A DNA stretch of 64,000 nucleotides from NCBI GenBank assembly GCA_030691505.1, contig JAUYEG010000100.1, positions 4,538 to 68,537 of the forward strand. The letters run 5' to 3'. Numbering within the stretch: position 1 is the first letter of the stretch; every line of letters begins with the position of its first letter. Position numbers and translations under genes: made by a program. Shown piece by piece: positions 1-8,743 of this stretch. The notes beneath the pieces are model-generated. The model saw only the letters and a program-made list of their open reading frames with translations. It was not told where the DNA came from and searched no databases. Source of the DNA: Bacillota bacterium. GTDB taxonomy: Bacteria > Bacillota > Sulfobacillia > JAUYEG01.

Positions 1-147
1 TCCGTCGCGGTTGTAGCGCTCCATCACATAGTTGAAAGTCGGGTTGACCTCCCCGTACACGGGCATCTCCAGCACAATCAGGAGCAGCACCGCCCCGACG
101 GCGAGTACGAGAGGGATCGCCAGCAGCACCAGATGGCGCGGTCTCAA
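1..147 (-). CDS. Mrp/Mbh antiporter subunit (MrpB N-terminal/MbhE-like), 5' part only; runs off window edge
   Basis: Manual translation from TTG at 147 (overlaps stop of upstream gene): MRPRHLVLLAIPLVLAVGAVLLLIVLEMPVYGEVNPTFNYVMERYNRDG; position in the mrpE-F-G-DUF4040 series. Confidence 0.65.
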   Translation of the reverse strand, partial: MRPRHLVLLAIPLVLAVGAVLLLIVLEMPVYGEVNPTFNYVMERYNRDG

Positions 148-383
148 TCCTCACTCCTCCTAGTCCTGATTATCACGGCAATCATCAGCGCCCCGACCGC
201 TACACCCGCGACCGCCTCGGTGATCGCAATGTCCGGTGCGTTGAGCTGTTGCCAGACGAGCGACATGGTCAGGCTGTAGGCGCCGAAAATGACCACCGCG
301 TAGACCAGGTCCCTGATCAGAGAAACCGAGATCGCGCAGGCCACAAGGAAGATCATGAAGATAACAGTGACAACGTCGCTCAC
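144..383 (-). CDS. DUF4040 / MbhD-like membrane subunit of Mrp-type antiporter
   Basis: C-terminal part of ORF 144..635; motif LNAPDIAITEAVAG; GTG start overlaps mrpG stop. Confidence 0.8.
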   Translation of the reverse strand: MSDVVTVIFMIFLVACAISVSLIRDLVYAVVIFGAYSLTMSLVWQQLNAPDIAITEAVAGVAVGALMIAVIIRTRRSED

Positions 384-757
384 GGCCTGGACCCCCCTTG
401 CCGGGAACCGTCGTCGAGGGCGGCTGCGCCTTTCGCTTGGCGCAGGTCGCTCGTCGGCGTGCCCGGCACCTCGTGTCCACCGTACCGGTAGGCCACGTTT
501 GCGATCACGTGCGTCGTCGTGGGGTTGATGACGCAGATGAGGCCGACCATCAGCAGCAGCTTGACGGCGACCTCGACGGTGGGGGCCATGATCACCAGCG
601 CAAGCAGGATGAGGCCGGCCCCGAGCGTATCGCATTTGCCGGTTGCGTGCATGCGGGTATAGATGTCCGGCAGGCGCAAGAGCCCGATTGTGCCGACGGC
701 GAGGAAAAAGAGGCCCCCCAGCAAAAGCGGAACAGCGAGCCAGAAGCGCCAGACCAT
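380..757 (-). CDS. mrpG: Na+/H+ antiporter subunit G
   Basis: GLLRLPDIYTRMHATGKCDTLG and NPTTTHVIA motifs. Confidence 0.92.
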   Translation of the reverse strand: MVWRFWLAVPLLLGGLFFLAVGTIGLLRLPDIYTRMHATGKCDTLGAGLILLALVIMAPTVEVAVKLLLMVGLICVINPTTTHVIANVAYRYGGHEVPGTPTSDLRQAKGAAALDDGSRQGGSRP

Positions 758-1065
758 CAGAACAACCTGCCCTTCAGTACCGCCTTGAGCACTGCCACCG
801 TCGTGACGAAGCTGGTCAACGCGTACGCAAGGGCCACGTCGACAAACGAAAACTGCCCGCTCGTGTGGGCCACGAGAGCGAGCATGAGCACGGTCTTGGT
901 ATTGATCACATTGACCGCCACCAGCCGGTCCTGGGACCGGGGTCCGATAACGGCCCGGTAGAGCGACAGAAGCGTCAACAGGCCGATGGCGACCGAAACG
1001 GCCAGCAGCAGATGCCGGCCAAACTGCCCGATCGCGGGCGCCTCAGGCGAAGCTAGCGGCCCCAT
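757..1065 (-). CDS. mrpF: Na+/H+ antiporter subunit F
   Basis: GPRSQDRLVAVNVI and FVDVALAYALTSFVTT motifs. Confidence 0.9.
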   Translation of the reverse strand: MGPLASPEAPAIGQFGRHLLLAVSVAIGLLTLLSLYRAVIGPRSQDRLVAVNVINTKTVLMLALVAHTSGQFSFVDVALAYALTSFVTTVAVLKAVLKGRLF

Positions 1066-1619
1066 GCCTGTTCGAGCCCCTTTACCCGGTTCTCCACCGG
1101 CCAGTTGCCGACCCCCTCGGCTGCCGCGCCGGTCAGGGCATGCACGATGATGGTATCGCCCTCCAGGCTGACGCTGATCGTGCCGGGGGTGAGAGTAATG
1201 GAGTTAGCGTAGATGACGCGGGTCAGATTGTGTTTCAGCTTTGTGCGAACAATCACAAATTGAGGCGAAATCGGCATCTTGGGGTTGAGCACGATCAACG
1301 CGACGGCCCAGTTGGCCTTGACGATTTCCACAAGCATTCTTGCAACGTAGACGAAGAACCTCGGTTGAAATACCAACTGCAGGACAGGCACGTCGGCCTC
1401 GGCGGGACCGGACTGAAGTTGCTTTGCCCAGAAGGCCGTCACGAGTCCGGCGACGACGGTGCCGCTCGCAATCTGGGGTACTCCGTAGCCTCCAGCCAGG
1501 GCGAGCCAAAAGAGCAGGAGACCAAGGAACAGGACCGCCGGGCGGCCGTATCCGCGGCGCGGCGAACTCTGTCGCCCTGGCCCGGGAGAAACCGCTGCTG
1601 TGTGATCTCCGTCGGGCAT
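1053..1619 (-). CDS. mrpE: Na+/H+ antiporter subunit E
   Basis: ANSITLTPGTISV and IVHAL motifs. Confidence 0.92.
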   Translation of the reverse strand: MPDGDHTAAVSPGPGRQSSPRRGYGRPAVLFLGLLLFWLALAGGYGVPQIASGTVVAGLVTAFWAKQLQSGPAEADVPVLQLVFQPRFFVYVARMLVEIVKANWAVALIVLNPKMPISPQFVIVRTKLKHNLTRVIYANSITLTPGTISVSLEGDTIIVHALTGAAAEGVGNWPVENRVKGLEQAWGR

Positions 1620-1717
1620 CTGGATCGCTTCCTTAGTGCAGTGTGCCAGGGCTACCTGCGCAACTCAACCATGCTTAATACGACAGTCGCTTGGGCAAGC
1701 CCTGCTGAAAAAGCGGA

Positions 1718-2314
1718 TCAGGACCACAAAGCTCGCGCGCGGGCGAGGTCCGCGGGCGAGTTGATGTTGAGAAACAGGATCTCGTCGGGGCCAAATGACG
1801 CTCGCTCGGGCTGTTCCACGTATCGTACGCGTAGGCCGTCCAGGGCGGCGGAGACGCGGCCGTCGCCCGAACAGAGTTGTCTGCTGATGACGGGGAGCGC
1901 CGACTTGGCGTATACGGCACACAACGGCTCGAGGAACTGCCCGCGACGAGGGATGACCACGTCATACTCACCCCCGGCGGCCAGCGAACCGAGATGCGCT
2001 CCCAGCGGGGCCGAGAAGAAAGGCAGGTCGCAGGCCACGGCAAGGATCAGGTCATCAGGGGCGGCGGCGAGGCCGGCGTGGATTCCGGCCAACGGCCCGC
2101 GGCCGGGGAATTGGTCTGGGATAACCGGTGCAGCCCAGCCGGCAAAAGGCGACGGGTCGTTGGCCACGATAAGTTGGTGCCCGGTTACCTGGCGGAGCCG
2201 GCAGAGCAGGTGCCAGCCAAGCGGACGGCCGTCAAAAGGCAGCAGGTACTTGTGCTGCCCGAGACGGGCGCTTTTGCCCCCGGCTAGCAGGACTCCGGTC
2301 ACGGCATCTCCCAC
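1718..2314 (-). CDS. mobA: Molybdenum cofactor guanylyltransferase
   Basis: LAGGKSARLG, GPLAGI, ACDLPF, EPLCAVY, NINSPADL motifs. Confidence 0.92.
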   Translation of the reverse strand: MGDAVTGVLLAGGKSARLGQHKYLLPFDGRPLGWHLLCRLRQVTGHQLIVANDPSPFAGWAAPVIPDQFPGRGPLAGIHAGLAAAPDDLILAVACDLPFFSAPLGAHLGSLAAGGEYDVVIPRRGQFLEPLCAVYAKSALPVISRQLCSGDGRVSAALDGLRVRYVEQPERASFGPDEILFLNINSPADLARARALWS

Positions 2315-2485
2315 CCGGCGCGGTTTGTGAGTTCCTGACCATTACACAGCGGGCATGCCGGAGCTGTCAAACACCTCTGCAGCAAGGGCCCGCGGAGGCC
2401 GAATACGGGCAATAGCGCAGGCTGGTGTATGATAAGAGAGGAAATCCGCCGCCCGCGGGACGTGGGCGGCCCGGGAGGTTCCGCG

Positions 2486-2701
2486 ATGCGCATCGGTTAT
2501 TGGGAGATACTCGTCCTGTTGTTGGTGGTCGTCCTTCTCTTCGGCCCGCGCCGCCTTCCTGAGATCGGCCGGGCATTCGGACGCACGATCCAGGAGTTTC
2601 GTCACGCTACCAAGGAAGGTAAGGGAGATGGAGGCGACAAGGACGAGCCGTCCTCAAGCCCGGAGAGCCACAAGAGCAAGGGCAAGGGCACCGGCGAATA
2701 G
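2486..2701 (+). CDS. tatA: Twin-arginine translocase subunit TatA
   Basis: MRIGYWEIL...LLFGPRRLPEIGRAFGRTIQEFR; GGAGG RBS upstream. Confidence 0.93.
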   Translation: MRIGYWEILVLLLVVVLLFGPRRLPEIGRAFGRTIQEFRHATKEGKGDGGDKDEPSSSPESHKSKGKGTGE

Positions 2702-2721
2702 GCCGAGCGGCGGTTGCGCAC

Positions 2722-3459
2722 GTGGTGACGCAGGACGGCGGGCGCAGGCTGCTCGCGGACCTAGGCGAGCTTCGCCGGCGGGTTATCAGGGTGCTTTTTG
2801 TCTTGGCGGCGACGACCGCGGCGGGGCTGGCGTTTGCCGGCCGGCTGCTTGCGGTGCTGATGCGCCCTGTCGGCGAACTGGTCTATCTCGCTCCCGCAGA
2901 AGCGATGATGACGCACTTCCGGCTCGCGTTCGCAACGGGCGTGGCCGTGACTCTGCCCTTCACCCTGGTCAATGCGGCGGCCTTCGCCGGCCGGCGGCTG
3001 CCCCGCAGGACGCGGCTCAAGCTCTATCTGTTGCTGTTGCTCGGGCTCTTCTTGTTTGTGGCGGGAGCCACCTTCGCGTTCTTTTTTGTGGTCCCCACGG
3101 TGCTGGCCTTTTTCCTATCTTTCGCGTCACCCAAGATCAGGCCGCTGCTCGGCCTGGCCAACTACACGGCTTTTGTGTTCGGTCTGGTGATCCCGTTCGG
3201 CCTTGTCTTCCAACTGCCGCTGACCATCGCGGCGCTGGCGCGGGTCGGGGTGCTCAGCCCCGCGGCCCTGGCCAGGCAGCGCCGCTTTGCGATTGTGATC
3301 ATTTTTTTTCTGGCGGCCCTGCTGACGCCGCCCGACGTGGTTTCGCAGCTAATGATGGCCGGGCCGCTGCTGGTTCTGTTTGAGGTGGGCGTGCTGCTGG
3401 CCAAGCTTGCCTGGCGAGGCCGGGCAGCCCGGCGCAAGTCCGGGACGGCGGCCGAATAG
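2722..3459 (+). CDS. tatC: Twin-arginine translocase subunit TatC
   Basis: LGELRRRVI, FGLVFQLP, AALLTPPDVVSQ motifs; follows tatA. Confidence 0.93.
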   Translation: MVTQDGGRRLLADLGELRRRVIRVLFVLAATTAAGLAFAGRLLAVLMRPVGELVYLAPAEAMMTHFRLAFATGVAVTLPFTLVNAAAFAGRRLPRRTRLKLYLLLLLGLFLFVAGATFAFFFVVPTVLAFFLSFASPKIRPLLGLANYTAFVFGLVIPFGLVFQLPLTIAALARVGVLSPAALARQRRFAIVIIFFLAALLTPPDVVSQLMMAGPLLVLFEVGVLLAKLAWRGRAARRKSGTAAE

Positions 3460-3471
3460 GAGGAGTCCCGC

Positions 3472-4869
3472 GTGTTCTGTCCCAAGTGCGGCGTCGAGTC
3501 TCCTTCCGGGGCGGTCTACTGCTACCGCTGCGGAGGCAGGCTGCCTGAGGCGGCTGCAGCGGCACAGGCCGGCGGCGATAAGGACGCCCCCGCGGCCAAC
3601 CCCAAAGCGGTGCCACGCGATCTTGAGGCCAACCAGTACGCGCATCCGCTCGACAGGCGCAGCCTGGAGGGCATCGCGCGCTTTGGCCCGGTTGTGGCCG
3701 TCACGAGGGCGATCATCCGGCACTGGGACGAGCCGATGGTCAAGGGACAGCTGCTCGGCGGCACCGTCAAGGTCGGCCCGGGCCAGTTTGCCGACATCCA
3801 CGAATTGGCTCAGAGCTGCGCCACCATCCTCAACATGGAGGTCCCGGACATCTTCATCCGCCACGACCCCACGTTCAATGCGATGACCCTCGGGGTCGAA
3901 AGGCCGCTGATCATCCTGCATTCGTCGGTGGTGGAGGCGTTTGGCCCGGAGGAGCTCACTTTCATCATTGGACACGAAATGGGCCATATCAAAAGCGAGC
4001 ACGTCCTTTACCTTAGCGCCGCCTATGTCCTGACCTTGGGCGCGCGCGGGCTGGCGGACAGGTTGTTCGGTTTGGGGGCGCTCATCGTCGTGCCGGCCGT
4101 GCACGCGCTCCAGGCCTGGATGCGCAAAGCGGAATTGACCGCGGACCGGGCCGGGCTGCTCTGCCTGCAAGACTTGGACCTGGCCCGACGCTCGCTGATC
4201 AAGCTTGCCCTGGGGGGGCGGCAGCTGTTCGAACGGCTGGATGTGGACGAATACCTGCGCCAGGCGGATCAGGCCAGCCGGGACGAATACGGCCGGGTCA
4301 GCGAGTTTTTTCAGACGCACCCGCACATCGCCAACCGTGTCCGCGAGCTCAAGTACTTCCGTGAATCAGCGCTGTACTCCGAGATCCTCGGGCAGGCTCC
4401 CCCGACGAGCCGCGGTCAACTGGAGGCCGCGGCGATGATGGGCCTGGAACGCGGCCGCGAGCTGCTAGCGAGGGTGGGGGGCACCGTGACGGGTTTCCTG
4501 TCGGCCCGGAGCACACTGGAGCGGGCCCTCACAGAGTTCAGGCGCGTCCACGAGAGGTACCCCGGCACAGAGGCGGCCCGGCAGGCGCTGTACTACCACG
4601 GGTTGACCTTGATGAACCTGCGCCGCGGCTTGGAGGCCGCAAAGACGTTTCAGACCTTCGTGCTCACTCATCCGCTGCACCAGCTGGCCCCCGATGCCCA
4701 CTACGGCCTGGCCGTCGTTTTCGAGCGCCTGCTTCACGACAAGCAGGCTGCGGCCGAGGAGTATAGTCGCCTGCGCAGCGAGTTCCCCGAGAGCCCTCAG
4801 TCCGCTCAGGCCGCGGAGGCCCTGGCGAAGCTGGGCCAGCCGGTCACGGAGTTGGGAAAGCAGGCTTAG
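3472..4869 (+). CDS. M48-family Zn metallopeptidase with N-terminal zinc ribbon and C-terminal TPR-like repeats
   Basis: FCPKCG...CYRCG; IGHEMGHIK (HExxH), ELTADRAG, THP motif; C-terminal YPGTEAARQALYYHG / APDAHYGLA repeats. Confidence 0.85.
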   Translation: MFCPKCGVESPSGAVYCYRCGGRLPEAAAAAQAGGDKDAPAANPKAVPRDLEANQYAHPLDRRSLEGIARFGPVVAVTRAIIRHWDEPMVKGQLLGGTVKVGPGQFADIHELAQSCATILNMEVPDIFIRHDPTFNAMTLGVERPLIILHSSVVEAFGPEELTFIIGHEMGHIKSEHVLYLSAAYVLTLGARGLADRLFGLGALIVVPAVHALQAWMRKAELTADRAGLLCLQDLDLARRSLIKLALGGRQLFERLDVDEYLRQADQASRDEYGRVSEFFQTHPHIANRVRELKYFRESALYSEILGQAPPTSRGQLEAAAMMGLERGRELLARVGGTVTGFLSARSTLERALTEFRRVHERYPGTEAARQALYYHGLTLMNLRRGLEAAKTFQTFVLTHPLHQLAPDAHYGLAVVFERLLHDKQAAAEEYSRLRSEFPESPQSAQAAEALAKLGQPVTELGKQA

Positions 4870-4921
4870 GCCGGCTGCCTATGGGCCCGCGCATTTCCCC
4901 GCCCTTTCTTGTTCCTACTCC

Positions 4922-4988
4922 TTGCGTCTAGGTGGGTCGCATGTGTAGAATCGGGGTACGAAGTGGGGCTAAGTGGTGCACGATGGGG
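4922..4988 (+). promoter_or_regulatory. Putative sigma-A promoter and MraZ-binding direct repeats
   Basis: TTGCGT(4922)-18-TAGAAT(4946); GTGGGG/GTGGTG/ATGGGG at 4963, 4973, 4983 (10-bp period), as for MraZ boxes upstream of mraZ. Confidence 0.6.
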
Positions 4989-4996
4989 GGTTGCGC

Positions 4997-5440
4997 GTGG
5001 CGACCGGCCGGTCGGCGTTCCTGGGGGAGTATCAGCACGCCCTCGATGATAAGGGCCGTCTGACTGTACCAAGCCGCCTCCGCGGCGCCCTCGGGGATCC
5101 TTTCATCGTGACCAGAGGCCTCGACGATTGCCTTTTCGTTTATCCCCTCGCCATCTGGGAGGGCATCGCCGCCCAGCTCGAGTCGTTGCCGTTCACAGCC
5201 TCGGCTCCCCGCGCGTTCGCCCGTCTCTTCTTCAGCGGAGCAACCGAGGTCTCCCCGGACCGGCAAGGAAGGTTTCTTGTGCCGTCCGCGCTCCGGGAGC
5301 ACGCCGGCCTTGACAAGGAGGCAGTGATCATCGGGGTGGGGAGCCGCCTGGAGATCTGGAGCGCCGAGCGCTGGCGCGCCTTCCAGGACCGGGCCCGCCA
5401 GGAGTACCAATCCCTTGCTGAAGGCCTGTTCCGTGGATAG
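4997..5440 (+). CDS. mraZ: Division/cell wall cluster transcriptional repressor MraZ
   Basis: FLGEYQHALDDKGRLTVP and DRQGRF motifs; first gene of dcw cluster. Confidence 0.95.
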   Translation: MATGRSAFLGEYQHALDDKGRLTVPSRLRGALGDPFIVTRGLDDCLFVYPLAIWEGIAAQLESLPFTASAPRAFARLFFSGATEVSPDRQGRFLVPSALREHAGLDKEAVIIGVGSRLEIWSAERWRAFQDRARQEYQSLAEGLFRG

Positions 5441-6356
5441 CAGCATGGACGACGGCGTCTTGGGACAGGTTCACGAGCCGGTAATGCTGGCCGAGGTCGT
5501 CTCCATTATGTCCGGGGCACCGGAGGGGCGCCTGGTGGATTGCACGGTAGGCGCCGGCGGTCATGCTGAGGGCCTGCTCGACAGCTTGCCTGGTGCGGAG
5601 CTGATCGGTATTGACCGCGACCTGGAGGTGCTGGCGTTGGCCGGGGCCCGCCTGGCACGCTTCGGTGGACGGGTGCGGCTTCTCAAGGGCAACTTCCGCG
5701 ACCTGCCGGAGTTGCTGGAGCCGCTGGGCGTGACCGCCGTGGATGGCATGTTGTTTGATGTGGGAGTCTCGTCACTGCAACTGGACCGCCCGGACCGGGG
5801 TTTTGCCTACGGAAACCCCGAGGCGCCGCTGGACATGCGCATGGACCCGGACCAGGAACTGACCGCGGCCGGTCTGCTCAACCGGCTCGACGAACGTGAA
5901 TTGGCCAGGATCATCCGGGATTACGGCGAGGAGCGGTGGGCAAGCAGGATTGCGTCGTTCGTGGTCGCCGCCCGGACCAGACGGCCGCTTACCACTGCCG
6001 GGGATCTGGTTGACGTCATCCGCGCCGCGATCCCCGCTGCGGCCCGCCGCTCCGGCGGGCATCCCGCCCGGCGCACCTTTCAGGCGGTGCGTATCGCGGT
6101 CAACGATGAGCTCGGCGCCCTGCAAGCCGGGCTGGAGGCAGGTGCGTCGCTGCTCGCCCCGGAGGGGCGAATGGTGACCATCTCGTTTCACTCGCTCGAG
6201 GACCGCCTGGTGAAACAGACCTTCCGCAGCCTCGCGGGAACAGGTAAGTACAGAACACTGACCAAGCGGCCGCTGGTGCCGGGGCCGCAGGAGATCGCCC
6301 GCAACGCGCGGGCTCGTAGCGCGAAGCTTAGAGGATTGGCCAGACTGGCCGCGTAG
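5433..6356 (+). CDS. rsmH: 16S rRNA m4C1402 methyltransferase
   Basis: HEPVMLAE, GAGGHA, GVSSLQLD, PLDMRMD, FHSLEDR, RARSAKLR. Confidence 0.96.
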   Translation: MDSSMDDGVLGQVHEPVMLAEVVSIMSGAPEGRLVDCTVGAGGHAEGLLDSLPGAELIGIDRDLEVLALAGARLARFGGRVRLLKGNFRDLPELLEPLGVTAVDGMLFDVGVSSLQLDRPDRGFAYGNPEAPLDMRMDPDQELTAAGLLNRLDERELARIIRDYGEERWASRIASFVVAARTRRPLTTAGDLVDVIRAAIPAAARRSGGHPARRTFQAVRIAVNDELGALQAGLEAGASLLAPEGRMVTISFHSLEDRLVKQTFRSLAGTGKYRTLTKRPLVPGPQEIARNARARSAKLRGLARLAA

Positions 6357-6439
6357 GCGGTCGCGCGTCCCCACCGCGACACGGCGGGGCGCGCGTCCCA
6401 GCCGGCGGCGGTTCTCGGCCCGCCAGGAGGCGAATACAC

Positions 6440-6976
6440 TTGCTAGCAGCCAGAGACCTCGCAACCGAGCGCAGCCCGGAACGGGGTTATCGCCCTGACC
6501 CGCGGCGCCGTGCCAGCGCGCGTCCGCGTACGGCGGCCAGACCGCGCAGCAAGGCGGCCTGGCTCGGTCTATGGGCGCTGGCGGTTTTGGTGGCCTTCTC
6601 GGTGACCTACCGGCATGCCGCCCTGACCCGTCTGGGCTATGAGGCGGAAAACCTGGAACGGCAGCTCGCGGTGATTTGCAGGCTCAATGGCGAGTTGGAG
6701 GTCAGAGTGTCAAGCCTTGGCGCCCCGGCCCGCGTGCAGCAACTGGCGCAATCCAGGCTCGGCATGGTCCAGCCGCAGCGGAGCATCGCCGTAGCCATGG
6801 CGTGGCCTGCTGCATCCGAGGCGGGCGACCGGCTCGCCGCAGCCGGAGGGGCAGCGGATGTCGGGTCTCCGGCCGGGCAGCCGGAGTCCGATTCCGGCGG
6901 GATGCTGTCCAGACTGTGGCGTTTTGTCCGGCGGCTCACCGGTGTCCCGGCCGAGGCGGCGGCAGCGCAAAGGTAA
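6440..6976 (+). CDS. ftsL: Cell division protein FtsL-like
   Basis: Basic N-terminus, single TM, coiled coil ending RVQQLAQSRLGMVQP; position after rsmH. Confidence 0.75.
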   Translation: MLAARDLATERSPERGYRPDPRRRASARPRTAARPRSKAAWLGLWALAVLVAFSVTYRHAALTRLGYEAENLERQLAVICRLNGELEVRVSSLGAPARVQQLAQSRLGMVQPQRSIAVAMAWPAASEAGDRLAAAGGAADVGSPAGQPESDSGGMLSRLWRFVRRLTGVPAEAAAAQR

Positions 6977-7000
6977 TCCGCCTGCCGGGGGGGCAGCCTG

Positions 7001-8701
7001 ATGGAATTGTCCTACGGCCTGCTGCAACGTCGCCGGGCGGGCCTGATGTTCATGATCATGACCGTGATCCTCATCGCGCTGTGCGGCCGTCTGGCCTGGC
7101 TGCAGTTGGTGCTCGGGCCGGGGCTGCGTGAGCGGGCCCTCGAGGTGCGCCTGCGCGACGTGCCGGTGGAGGCCAAGCGCGGCACGATCTACGACCGCCA
7201 GGGACGTGAGCTGGCCGTCAGCATCGATGTGGACTCCGTCTTCGCCATCCCCACGCAGGTCCGCGACAAGGAGGGCACCGCGGCCAATCTTGCCGCCATC
7301 CTTAACATGGACCGCGACTGGATCCTCGAACGCCTGATGCGCCAGGAGTCGTTCACCTGGATCAAGCGGAAGATAGAGGCGGACCAGGCGGCTCAGATCC
7401 GGGAACTGCGCATGCAGGGCATTGATCTTACCCAAGAAAGCCGGCGCGTATACCCTAAGGGCCAGCTTGCCGCGCATGTGATCGGCTTCGCCGGCATCGA
7501 CAGCCAGGGCCTGGAAGGCATCGAGGTCCAGTACGATTCCTGGCTCCGCGGCGTGCCGGGACGGATCTCGATCGAGTACGATGCCCGCGGGGAGGAGATC
7601 CCCCAGGCGGTGCACCGCTACTTCCCGCCCACGGACGGCCTGTCGCTGGTACTCACCATTGACGAAACCATCCAGTACATCTGCGAGCGCGAGCTGGAAA
7701 CGGCGATGGTCGGCAGCGGGGCCAAATCGGGCACTGTGATCGCCATGGACCCCAACACGGGGGAGATACTGGGCCTGGCCAACTACCCGACGTACGACCC
7801 GAACAACTACCAGGCCTACCCCGCGGCAAGCCGGCGCAATTACGCGGTGGCGGACACCTTCACCCCCGGGTCGACGTTCAAGCCCATTACCGCCGCCGGT
7901 GCGCTGGAGGACGGGCTCATCAGCTGGAACAACCGTTTCTTCTGCGGCGGCAGCCTGCTCATCTCGGGACACACGATACGGTGCCACCGGACGGGCGGGC
8001 ACGGCTCCCAGACCCTCATGGAGGTCATAGAGAACTCCTGCAACGTCGGATTCATGACAATCGGAATGAAGCTGGGCATAGAGCGTCTCTACGACTACGT
8101 GGAGACGTTCGGACTGACCTCGAAAACGGGCATCGACCTGCCCGGCGAGGCACAGGGGATCATCATCCCCCGCGCCAAGGCCAAAGTGCTTGACCTGGCC
8201 GTGATGTCTTTCGGCCAGAGCCTGACCGTGACGCCCCTGCAGCTCATCACGGCGATTTCGGCCATCGCCAACGGCGGTACGGTGCTTCAGCCGCACATCG
8301 CGAAGGAACTGCGAACCGCCGATGGAGCCCTGGTCCAGAGCTTTGCTTCCAAGAAGGAAACCAAGGTCATCGCCGAGCAGACCGCCCGCGAGTTGTCGGA
8401 GGCGCTGGAGTCCGTAGTCGAGAACGGAACAGGCAAGAGGGCCTACATTGAAGGCTACGAGCTGGCCGGCAAGACCGGTACATCGCAGAAAACGGTCGCC
8501 GGGCGCGTTTCCTCCGAATTCCACGTCGCCTCGTTTGTGGGGTTCGGCCCGGCGCGGGATCCGCAGGTCGCGCTGCTGGTCGTCATTGACGAGCCGGTCG
8601 GGGCCTACTATGGAGGACAGCTCGCCGCCCCCGTGTTCAGCAATGTCATGCGGGACGTCTACCGCTACCTAGGGATCCCGGTCCTGCTCCCCACGCAGTA
8701 G
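7001..8701 (+). CDS. spoVD: Class B penicillin-binding protein (SpoVD/FtsI-like), no PASTA tail
   Basis: RGTIYDR, PGSTFK (SxxK), SCN (SxN), KTGT (KTG). Confidence 0.85.
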   Translation: MELSYGLLQRRRAGLMFMIMTVILIALCGRLAWLQLVLGPGLRERALEVRLRDVPVEAKRGTIYDRQGRELAVSIDVDSVFAIPTQVRDKEGTAANLAAILNMDRDWILERLMRQESFTWIKRKIEADQAAQIRELRMQGIDLTQESRRVYPKGQLAAHVIGFAGIDSQGLEGIEVQYDSWLRGVPGRISIEYDARGEEIPQAVHRYFPPTDGLSLVLTIDETIQYICERELETAMVGSGAKSGTVIAMDPNTGEILGLANYPTYDPNNYQAYPAASRRNYAVADTFTPGSTFKPITAAGALEDGLISWNNRFFCGGSLLISGHTIRCHRTGGHGSQTLMEVIENSCNVGFMTIGMKLGIERLYDYVETFGLTSKTGIDLPGEAQGIIIPRAKAKVLDLAVMSFGQSLTVTPLQLITAISAIANGGTVLQPHIAKELRTADGALVQSFASKKETKVIAEQTARELSEALESVVENGTGKRAYIEGYELAGKTGTSQKTVAGRVSSEFHVASFVGFGPARDPQVALLVVIDEPVGAYYGGQLAAPVFSNVMRDVYRYLGIPVLLPTQ

Positions 8702-8743
8702 ACGGCAAGGCGCAGCGGCCGGCGCCTGGGATATACTCGAACT

